Assembly (NCBI GenBank): GCA_963785725.1
Contig: CAWAWS010000017.1
Span: forward strand, 128,001-192,000
DNA: 64,000 nt
From: an uncultured delta proteobacterium
GTDB taxonomy: Bacteria > Myxococcota_A > Polyangia > Palsa-1104
Reading direction: 5' to 3'
How positions within the stretch are numbered: position 1 is the stretch's first letter; every line of letters begins with the position of its first letter. The notes below the pieces were generated by a model. It saw only the letters and a program-made list of their open reading frames with translations, was not told where the DNA came from and searched no databases. Below are positions 1 to 7,685 of the stretch, one piece after another. A program made the position numbers and the translations under genes.

Positions 1-426
1 TCGGCGGGATAGAAGTCGCCCTGCGGCGGCCGCGGCGGCACGCCGGGAATGAACGGCCGATTGTGCTCCAGCTGATTCCACGGCCCTTTGTCGAGCACGA
101 ACAGGTGCAGCCGCGCGCGTCCGAGCGGCGTCGTATCCGCCAGCAGCTGCGAGCAAGAGCGACGTGTTGCCGGACCACGCTTGCCGCAGATAGAGCGCGT
201 CGAACCCTTGCGCCGCGCGCACCAGCTTGGCCAGCGCCGCTTGCTCGTTCGCCGGCAGCGCCGACAAATCCACCGTCAACGGCACGGGCGCGAACTGCTT
301 GGCGAGCGCGTCGAGCTCATGCAGCGTGGCGCCGCTGGCGGCGTCTTTGGCGTCTTTGGGGTCGGGTGCTGCCGCGGCCAAACCGGTCGTACACAACACG
401 AAGAGGGCGAGGACGAGTCGTCGCAT
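1..426 (-). CDS. Secreted peptidase M49 (dipeptidyl peptidase III-like) family protein, N-terminal part; runs off the window edge, +1 indel near 151
   Basis: Not in the ORF track. The minus strand from ATG at 426 reads MRRLVLALFVLCTTGLAAAA (signal peptide)...FAPVPLTVDLSALPANEQAALAKLVRAAQGFDALYLRQAW. After one extra base it continues QLLADTTPLGRARLHLFVLDKGPWNQLEHNRPFIPGVPPRPPQGDFYP, which resembles the N-terminus of bacterial M49 proteins. Confidence 0.6.
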   Translation of the reverse strand, partial: MRRLVLALFVLCTTGLAAAAPDPKDAKDAASGATLHELDALAKQFAPVPLTVDLSALPANEQAALAKLVRAAQGFDALYLRQAWSGNTSLLLAAAGGYDAARTRAAAPVRARQRAVESAGAQSAVHSRRAAAAAAGRLLSRR

Positions 427-481
427 GGCGATTCGATAGCACGAACGGCCGGTGCCCGACATGCCGTGCTAAAATTTAGAC

Positions 482-1972
482 GTGCGTAAAAAGCGCCTGC
501 TCCTCTTCGTCATCGCCTATCAGGCCGATGCCACGCTGCAGCGAACGCTCGAACGCATTCCGCCGGAGATCTTCGCGCTCTACGACTGCGAGATCCTCGT
601 CGTCGATGACGCCTCGACCGATCGCACCTTCGCCATCGGCCGCGAATACCAAAGCGCGCATCCCGAGATCGTGATGACGGTCTTGCGCAACGAGCAGAAT
701 CAAGGCTACGGCGGCAATCAAAAGGTCGGCTACGCCTATGCCATCGGCGAAGGGTTCGATTATGTCGCCATGATTCACGGCGACGGGCAGTACGCGCCCG
801 AGGCGCTGCCGCAGCTGATGCGGCCGTTCGCCGAAGGGCGCGCCGACGCCGTCTTCGGCAGCCGCATGCTCGAGCGGTTCGGCGCGCTCAAAGGCGGCAT
901 GCCGCTCTACAAATACGTCGGCAACAAGATCCTGACCACGGCGCAGAACGCGTTATTGCGCACGAAGCTGTCGGAGTTTCATTCGGGCTATCGCATCTAT
1001 TCGGTGGCGACGCTGAAGAAGCTGCCGTTTCGGCTGAGCTCCAACGACTTCCACTTCGACACCGAGATCATCATTCAGCTGCTGAATTTGGGCGCGCGCA
1101 TCGTCGAGCTGCCGATTCCCACGTATTACGGCGACGAAATCAGCCGCGTCAACGGCTTGAAGTACGCCAAAGACGTGATGCTGGCGACGGTGCGCAACAC
1201 GCTGCATCGCGCGGGAATTCTCTATCAGCGTCGCTTCGACGTCGGCCCGGCGGACAACTCGCACTACGATCTGAAGCTCGGTTATGCGTCGAGCCATTCG
1301 TTCGCGCTCGACGCGGTTCCGGCGGGCGCGCGCGTGCTCGACATCGGCGCCGGCCCGGGCGGCATGGCGGCGGAGCTGGCGAAGAAGGGCTGCACGACGG
1401 CGGTCGTCGATCAGTTCAAGCCGACGCGACCGACGGCGGGCGTGCAAGTGTTCGTGCAGAACCTCGACGAAGAGCCGCGTTTTCCCGTGCGCGACTATCA
1501 GTATCTGCTGCTGCTCGACGTCATCGAGCACCTGCGCGATCCCGAGCAGTTCTTGTCGCGGCTGCGTGCGCAGCTCGACTACGACGACAAGACGCTGGTG
1601 TTGACGACGCCGAATATCGCGTTCGTCATTCAGCGGCTGATGCTCGCGCTCGGGCAGTTCAACTACGGCAAGGCGGGCATTTTGGACCGCACGCATACGC
1701 GGCTGTTTACGTTCCGCTCGCTCAAGCAGCTGCTCGAGGACGAAGGGTTCCAGATTGGCCGCGTTCGTGGCGTGCCGGCGCCGTTCCCGAAGGTGCTCGG
1801 CGACAACGTGCTCGGCCGCGCGGCGCTGCGGGCCAATCAGGCGCTCATCGCGATCGCGCCGACGCTGTTCTCGTACCAAATTTATGTGGAGGCGCAGACC
1901 ACGCCCGACCTGGACTTCATTCTGCGCAATACGAAGCAGACGGCGGCCACGCCGATCCGCCGTACGCGTTAG
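482..1972 (+). CDS. Bifunctional glycosyltransferase family 2 / class I SAM-dependent methyltransferase
   Basis: N-terminal GT2 motifs (VVDDASTD, NQGYGG, HGDGQY, GSR). C-terminal methyltransferase motifs (VLDIGAGPG, LLDVIEH, TTPN, GILDRTH). Confidence 0.85.
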   Translation: MRKKRLLLFVIAYQADATLQRTLERIPPEIFALYDCEILVVDDASTDRTFAIGREYQSAHPEIVMTVLRNEQNQGYGGNQKVGYAYAIGEGFDYVAMIHGDGQYAPEALPQLMRPFAEGRADAVFGSRMLERFGALKGGMPLYKYVGNKILTTAQNALLRTKLSEFHSGYRIYSVATLKKLPFRLSSNDFHFDTEIIIQLLNLGARIVELPIPTYYGDEISRVNGLKYAKDVMLATVRNTLHRAGILYQRRFDVGPADNSHYDLKLGYASSHSFALDAVPAGARVLDIGAGPGGMAAELAKKGCTTAVVDQFKPTRPTAGVQVFVQNLDEEPRFPVRDYQYLLLLDVIEHLRDPEQFLSRLRAQLDYDDKTLVLTTPNIAFVIQRLMLALGQFNYGKAGILDRTHTRLFTFRSLKQLLEDEGFQIGRVRGVPAPFPKVLGDNVLGRAALRANQALIAIAPTLFSYQIYVEAQTTPDLDFILRNTKQTAATPIRRTR

Positions 1973-2203
1973 TCCTGACGGCGGGCGCCGCGAGCGCGCC
2001 GGCGGTTCAGCTACGGGGCCGGGCACCGCGCGTCGCGCCGGCGGTTCAACGTTCGCCATTCGAGCGACGATCGATTCCGGAGGATGGTGGGTTCCGACGG
2101 GCGGCCCCCAGCCGCCCGCCCTTAGTCATCGCCGATTTCGTCGGAAAGTTGCTTTGGAAATGCTGGAGAGACGAGGCGCCCCGACTGGGCCGCGCAGTAG
2201 GTC

Positions 2204-4243
2204 TTAGCTGATGTTACCGCCGCACTGGCCGGCAACGCCGCCACCGCCGCACGTCTGCGGCGAAACGCACGTGCCGCAATCGAGCAGGTTGCCGCAGCCG
2301 TCGCCGGCCGGGCCGCACATGATCTTCTGATCGGCGCAGGTGATGGGCGTGCACTGATTGACGTGGCCGCACTGACCAGGCGTGCCGCCGCCGCCGCAGG
2401 TGTCGGGCACCATGCAGTCGCCGCAATCGATCTGGGTGCCGCAGCCGTTGCCGGCCGGACCGCACGCGATGCCCTGCGCCGCGCACGTGATCGGCGTGCA
2501 CGTCGGCGGCGGCGGCGGCGGAATCGGCGTGATGCACGACGAGAGGTTGAACAGCAGGAACTCGAGGACCTTCTCCTGCGCGCTCATCGCCGCCGCTTTG
2601 CCGCAGACGCCCGGGAACAGGACGCCCTGCGTCGTCGTGACCTGCGAGTAGACGTGGAAGTCGGAGAAGTTGACGCGCCCGCACTGCGACGCCGCCGGCG
2701 AGCCGACCGGCGTATCGAACGTGTACTCGAGCGGATAGGCCGGACCCGGCTGCGGCGCCGACATCCACTCGACCGACGAGGCCGCCACCGCGGTCACGTC
2801 CTTGCGCGTCGCGTTGACGATGATCTGCCCCAGCGTCGTCGTCGCGCCGATGTTCTGCAGCCACGACGCGAAGTCTTTGCCGAGCTGCGTGGTCTGCAGG
2901 ACGGTCGCCGTCTGGCTGTCCTCTTCGTTGACGCTCTCGGGATCGACGCTCCACGTGGCCGTCGTCGAGAACGGGCTCAAGTTGTAGAGCCAGTCGTAGC
3001 TGTAATGGCTGGCGAACACGCGGCCGCCGGCGTTCGTGTAGTTGAGGACGTTGTTCTGATCGGTCGACGACTCGCCGACGTCCGTGCCGATGCAGTCGAA
3101 GATGACCATGTCGTACTGATCGAGCGTCGCCTGCGTGCCGGTGAGCGCGCTCTGCGTCGGCGTCTTGTTGCCCAAGTTGGAGCCGTTGTTCTGGTAGATG
3201 TGCACGCGGCCGGTGCCCGAAGGCAGCGTGAACTCGGCGGCGTCGATGCCGATCTTGGGCAGCACGCACTCGATGGGATCGGCGTTGCCGGTCACGATGG
3301 CGATGTGCGGGATGTCGCCTTCCGACTTATTGCGCGGCAAGCGCGTCTGATCGGCCGTGAGCGCCGTGTTGACGCACGCCGCCACCGTCGGGATGACGAT
3401 CTGGCGGCGCCAGCGGCCGAGCTGAATGACGAGCGGGATGTTCGTGCCCACGGGCGCGTTGGTGAGCGTGAATTTGCCGTCGACGCCGGTGGTGAAGCTG
3501 ACGAGCGGGCTGCCCGTGACTTGCGACGCGCAGGTGCCGCAGGTGACGTTGGGCGCGAACGGCTGCACAGCCGCGTTCGGGATGTAGACGAGCGCGCCGT
3601 AGAGCGGATCGGGATTGCCGTAGCCGTTGGCGCTGTTGGTCGGCGCGTAGACGGTGCCGCTGATCGTCGTCGAGCCGTTGTTCGGGCAGGTCTGCTGCTG
3701 CAAGCACAGGCCGGTGCAGTTGGACGCCGTGCCGCCGCCGCAGACGTTGGGCGTGCCGCCGCCGCCGCAGATGTTCGGGCTCGTGCAGCTGCCGCAGTCG
3801 AGGGTGCCGCCGCAGCCGTCGCCCTGCACGCCGCAGGTCGCGTTCAGGCTGGCGCACGTGTGTTTGACGCAGGTGCCGCCGCCCGTCGTCGCGCCGCACT
3901 GGTTGGCCATGCCGCCGCCGCCGCAGGTCTGCGGCGCCGTGCAGCTGCCGCAATCCTGCATGCCGCCGCAGCCGTCGGCCTGCTCGCCGCAATTGGCGCC
4001 GAGCTGCGCGCAGGTCACTTTGCAAGTGCCGCTGCCGCCACCCCCGGCTCCGCCGCCGCCGGCGCCACCGCCGCCGGCTCCGCCACCGCCGGCTTGGCCG
4101 CTCAAGTCGGGACCGCCGTTGCCGCCGGTGCCGGTGGCGAGATCGTCGCCGGCTTGGCCGCCGCCGAGATCTTTGATGCCGCCTTGCTGCGGGCTACAGG
4201 CCGAAACACAGAGGACGAGGGCGAAAGCAAAGCGCGCAGTCAT
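2204..4243 (-). CDS. Cys-rich repeat lipoprotein with a central carboxypeptidase-regulatory-like domain (myxobacterial surface protein)
   Basis: Lipobox LCVSAC after MTARFAFALV, a Gly-rich linker, and four C..TC...CG...(D/N)GCG...DCG.C..P..CGGGG....CG repeats (two on each side of a globular core). Confidence 0.75.
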   Translation of the reverse strand: MTARFAFALVLCVSACSPQQGGIKDLGGGQAGDDLATGTGGNGGPDLSGQAGGGGAGGGGAGGGGAGGGGSGTCKVTCAQLGANCGEQADGCGGMQDCGSCTAPQTCGGGGMANQCGATTGGGTCVKHTCASLNATCGVQGDGCGGTLDCGSCTSPNICGGGGTPNVCGGGTASNCTGLCLQQQTCPNNGSTTISGTVYAPTNSANGYGNPDPLYGALVYIPNAAVQPFAPNVTCGTCASQVTGSPLVSFTTGVDGKFTLTNAPVGTNIPLVIQLGRWRRQIVIPTVAACVNTALTADQTRLPRNKSEGDIPHIAIVTGNADPIECVLPKIGIDAAEFTLPSGTGRVHIYQNNGSNLGNKTPTQSALTGTQATLDQYDMVIFDCIGTDVGESSTDQNNVLNYTNAGGRVFASHYSYDWLYNLSPFSTTATWSVDPESVNEEDSQTATVLQTTQLGKDFASWLQNIGATTTLGQIIVNATRKDVTAVAASSVEWMSAPQPGPAYPLEYTFDTPVGSPAASQCGRVNFSDFHVYSQVTTTQGVLFPGVCGKAAAMSAQEKVLEFLLFNLSSCITPIPPPPPPTCTPITCAAQGIACGPAGNGCGTQIDCGDCMVPDTCGGGGTPGQCGHVNQCTPITCADQKIMCGPAGDGCGNLLDCGTCVSPQTCGGGGVAGQCGGNIS

Positions 4244-4393
4244 GGTTTGCCCTTTGAGTGACTCGACGCGCGCCGAACGGGTCAAACGTAAGGAAGGCGC
4301 GCGAGATGTCAGTAGCGCGTTCCCCGCACGAACTCAAGTGGCCAGCGCGGGCGCCGCCCGATCAGGTGTCGATATTACGTCGTGGAAACGGCG

Positions 4394-5693
4394 TCATTGC
4401 TCGGGAACGGCGACGCCGGTGGTCGTCGGATCGAGCAGGCTGCCCAAGTTCGCCACCAGCGTATCGCGGTTGCCGAGCTGACCGGTCTTTTGCCCGAGCC
4501 AGTTCCACTCGATGAATTTGACGATCGAGGAGTGCTCCATCGTCGTGTGCGCGATGAAGTTCGAGCGCGCGAAGGGTCCGAGCGCCAGCAAAGGCACGCG
4601 CGTCCCGTAAGGTTTGCCGTCGACGGGGCTGTCGGGCGGCGGCGCGACGTGATCGAAGTAGCCGCCGCCTTCGTCGTAGGTCAGGAGCACCAGCGTGTCG
4701 CTGCGATAGTCGGACGCCTCGAGCTCGCTGACGATCGAGTTGGCGAAGGTGACGCCGTCGCTCAGCTTGGAGGCGAGGCCGGGATGCTCACTCTTGTACC
4801 CAATGCCCTTGATGAAGCTCACAGCCGGCAAGCTGCCGCTCTTCAGGTCCGCGGCGAGGTGGCTCAGGTCCTTCAAGTAGGTCGGGTTGTCTTTGAACTT
4901 GGGCTCGTAGTCGAAGGGCACGTCACCGGGATCGAAGACGCACGGGTAGATGCTGAGGCCGGCGCCGCAGTCGTCGGGCGCGGTCGGGCACTGGCCGAGC
5001 TTGGAGGCGGCGACCATGGCGTCGTAGCCTTCGGCGTAGCAAGCCCAGGTCACCTTCGACTGCACGAGCAGGTCGCCGATGGTTTGAATGGGATATTCCA
5101 TCGCCGTCGGCGTGAAGCTGCACATCTTGCCGATGGCGTCGGGCTCGACCTCGTCGTCCGGGAAGACGTAGCGCGCGAGCGACAAGTACATGTCGTTGGC
5201 GGAGCTGGCGCCGGCGAGCGGCTGGAAATAGCGGTCGGCGAGCGCGCCTGTGGCGGCCAGCGTCCAATAGGGCGCGATGATCGTCGGGTCGGCGTAGGCG
5301 AAGTTGCGCGCGTCGCCGCAGATGGTGCTGGTGACGAAGCGGTCCATCTTGCCGCCGTCGAGCTCGTCGACCTCGCAGGTCTGCTCGTGGTTCGGGTCGT
5401 AGTCTTCGCTGGCGGCGTCGTCGAGCGTCGTCGGCAGGGCGCCGGTCGGGTCGGTGGCGGGGCCGGCTTCGCAGCAGCTCGGCCCCTCGTTACAGCTCGG
5501 GTTGGAGCCGGTCGGCGCCGTGCAGTAGCGGCCGAAGTGGTCGTCGAACGTGTGGTTCTCCTGCACGATGACGACGAGGTGGCGGATCTGGCTCGCGGGA
5601 CAAGGGCCGTCGCAGGCGCCGGGCATGTGGCCGGCGTTGGAACCGCCGCAGCCGGCTGCCAGCGCGGCCCACAGAGATCAACTTGGCGCGCAC
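4394..5693 (-). CDS. Phosphoesterase (phospholipase C / acid phosphatase family) lipoprotein; +1 indel near 5669
   Basis: IRHLVVIVQENHTFDDHFG, SEHPG, TYDEGGGYFDHVAPP and GTRVP motifs. Removing one base upstream joins MRAKLISV to AALAAGC (lipobox) in frame with ORF 4394..5626. Confidence 0.85.
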
Positions 5694-5902
5694 CCTTCAG
5701 CGTTAACACAAATGTGACATTTTGATTACGGGGAGCTGTCGCGGAGCCTGCCGGCCGGGAAAAGGTCGAGCGAAGTCGCGCAGACAGGGCTGACGGCGGC
5801 GATGACGCCGATGCGGCGGATTGCGCGACGAATGCGTGACAGCGGTAACCGGCGACGCCGCAGACGACCGAGCGCGGGCCGAGTGCTCGCCGGCGCGGGC
5901 AA

Positions 5903-6679
5903 TCAGAAGCGCAGGCGCACGCCGCCGGGCGCGACGTTCCAGGCGACGCCTTTGCCGACGGCGGCGTAGTGACGCGGCGGCGCGTGACCAACGATACCGA
6001 CGATGGTCATGGCGGCGCCCGCGAGCTGCAGCGCGAAGTCGACCGACAGGACGGCGTAGGCGGCGACTTGGATGGCGCGGTTGGCGCTGGCGATGCGCGA
6101 GTTGGCCTGCGCGTCGACGTCGGCGTTGCCGGTGTTGGCGGGCGCGACCATGGCCCAGTTGTCGTGCAGCTGCGTGAGCGGGCCGACGAGCGGAATGAGC
6201 GACTTCGCCGCGCCGCTGTTGCCGACGCCGTAGCTGATGCCGATGTCGAGCGCGTAGCCGCCGAGAAAGAGCGCGAGGCCGCCGCCGAACAAGCCCCAGC
6301 GGCGCTGACGGCCGGCGCCGTCGCTGTTGACGGGCGCGATGGTCATGGCGGCGGCGGGCGCGCTCACGACGGCCGGCGGCGGCGCCGGGCCGAGGTCGTC
6401 TTGGCGCGTCTCCGCGAGGGCGAGGCGGACGTTGGCGCGCGGCGGCGGTGGCGATGGCGCGGGCATCGACAACGACGCGGCCACCGACGGCGAAGATGCC
6501 AGCTGCGAGCCCGAGCCCGACGGCGACGAGAGCGTCATGGCGTCGGCGGATGCCGAAGCGTTCGTGAGGCGACGGTGCGACGCGTGATGGGCGCGCGCAT
6601 GCGGCTTGTGCGCCGGCGCCGCCGCGGCTGATGCAGACGACAGAGCGAGCCCGAGGATCAGCGGAGCCAAGCTGCGCAT
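5903..6679 (-). CDS. Hypothetical exported/membrane protein
   Basis: Signal peptide MRSLAPLILGLALSSASA, a Pro/Ala/Ser low-complexity region, two hydrophobic segments and a C-terminal GGVRLRF. High-GC3 codon pattern. Confidence 0.65.
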   Translation of the reverse strand: MRSLAPLILGLALSSASAAAAPAHKPHARAHHASHRRLTNASASADAMTLSSPSGSGSQLASSPSVAASLSMPAPSPPPPRANVRLALAETRQDDLGPAPPPAVVSAPAAAMTIAPVNSDGAGRQRRWGLFGGGLALFLGGYALDIGISYGVGNSGAAKSLIPLVGPLTQLHDNWAMVAPANTGNADVDAQANSRIASANRAIQVAAYAVLSVDFALQLAGAAMTIVGIVGHAPPRHYAAVGKGVAWNVAPGGVRLRF

Positions 6680-6699
6680 GCGTGTCACGATTGGCCTTC

Positions 6700-6716
6700 A
6701 GCAGCGGACGTGCCAA
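6700..6716 (-). promoter_or_regulatory. Putative sigma-54 (-24/-12) promoter
   Basis: The minus strand reads TTGGCACG-TCCG-CTGCT against the consensus TGGCACG-N4-TTGCW (one mismatch), about 20 nt upstream of the ATG at 6679. Confidence 0.6.
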
Positions 6717-6910
6717 CGCGCGTGTGTGCGATTCTCGGCGGTTGTCGGCGTTCGACGCGGCGCGGCTGGGGCGTCGGCTCCCAGTCGTCAAGCGCGGTTG
6801 CTGTCATGCGATCGGTTTAAGGGCGGCCACGAGCGCAGCCATCGACCGCGTCCTTGATCCCTCGCGCGACGAAGCCGAGGCCGGCTCGGCGATCGATTAT
6901 AGTCCGCGCC

Positions 6911-7681
6911 ATGAGCCATCGCCCCCGTATGAAAGACAAGCTGGCGCTCGTGTCGGGCGGCAGCCGCGGCATCGGCGCCGCCATCGCGCGCGCGTTCGCC
7001 GCCGAAGGCGCCAAGGTCGTCATCGCGTCGCGCAAAGAGGAAGAGCTCTCGGCGACGGCGGCGAGCATCAACGCGCAGTTTCCCGACAGCGTCGTCGCGC
7101 GCGCTTGTCACATGGGCAAGCCGGAGGCGATCGACGAGCTGATGACGTTCATCGAGCGCGAGCTCGGCATCGTCGACGTCGCGGTCAACAACGCGGCCAC
7201 GAACGCGCATTTCGGGCCGCTCTTGAGCGTGACGTGGCCGGCGTGGGACAAGAACTTCGAGCTCAACTTGAAGGGCTACTTCGAGGTGGCGCGGCAAGTG
7301 GCGACGCGGCTGCTGGCGAAGAACCGGCCGGGCTCGATCATCAACGTCGCCAGCATCGTCGGCATGCGCGGCACGCCGGGGCAGGGCGTGTACGGCATGA
7401 CGAAGGCGGCGGTCATCTCGATGACGCAGACGCTGGCGGTCGAGCTCGGCCGGGCGGGGATTCGCGTCAACGCCATCGCGCCCGGGCTCGTCGAGACGCG
7501 GCTGGCGGCGGCGATCACCAGCAACGCGGAGGCGGCGCGCTATTTTACCGAGCGGGCGCCGCTCGGGCGGCATGCGCAGCCGGAGGAGATCGCGCCGGCC
7601 GCCGTCTACTTGGCGTCGGACGAGTCCAGCTTCATGACCGGGCAGACGCTGGCGGTCGACGGCGGCTGGACAATCGCGTGA
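6911..7681 (+). CDS. Short-chain dehydrogenase/reductase (SDR)
   Basis: SGGSRGIG, NNAA, catalytic YGMTK, RVNAIAPG and VDGG motifs. Confidence 0.92.
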   Translation: MSHRPRMKDKLALVSGGSRGIGAAIARAFAAEGAKVVIASRKEEELSATAASINAQFPDSVVARACHMGKPEAIDELMTFIERELGIVDVAVNNAATNAHFGPLLSVTWPAWDKNFELNLKGYFEVARQVATRLLAKNRPGSIINVASIVGMRGTPGQGVYGMTKAAVISMTQTLAVELGRAGIRVNAIAPGLVETRLAAAITSNAEAARYFTERAPLGRHAQPEEIAPAAVYLASDESSFMTGQTLAVDGGWTIA

Positions 7682-7685
7682 GCCG

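Noticed and set aside
1973..2203. Short direct repeat (CGCGCCGGCGGTTCA twice) and a GC hairpin at 2099-2117 as an sRNA or REP element
   Set aside because: Only two short GC-rich copies, not seen elsewhere by eye, and no U-tract. Insufficient support.
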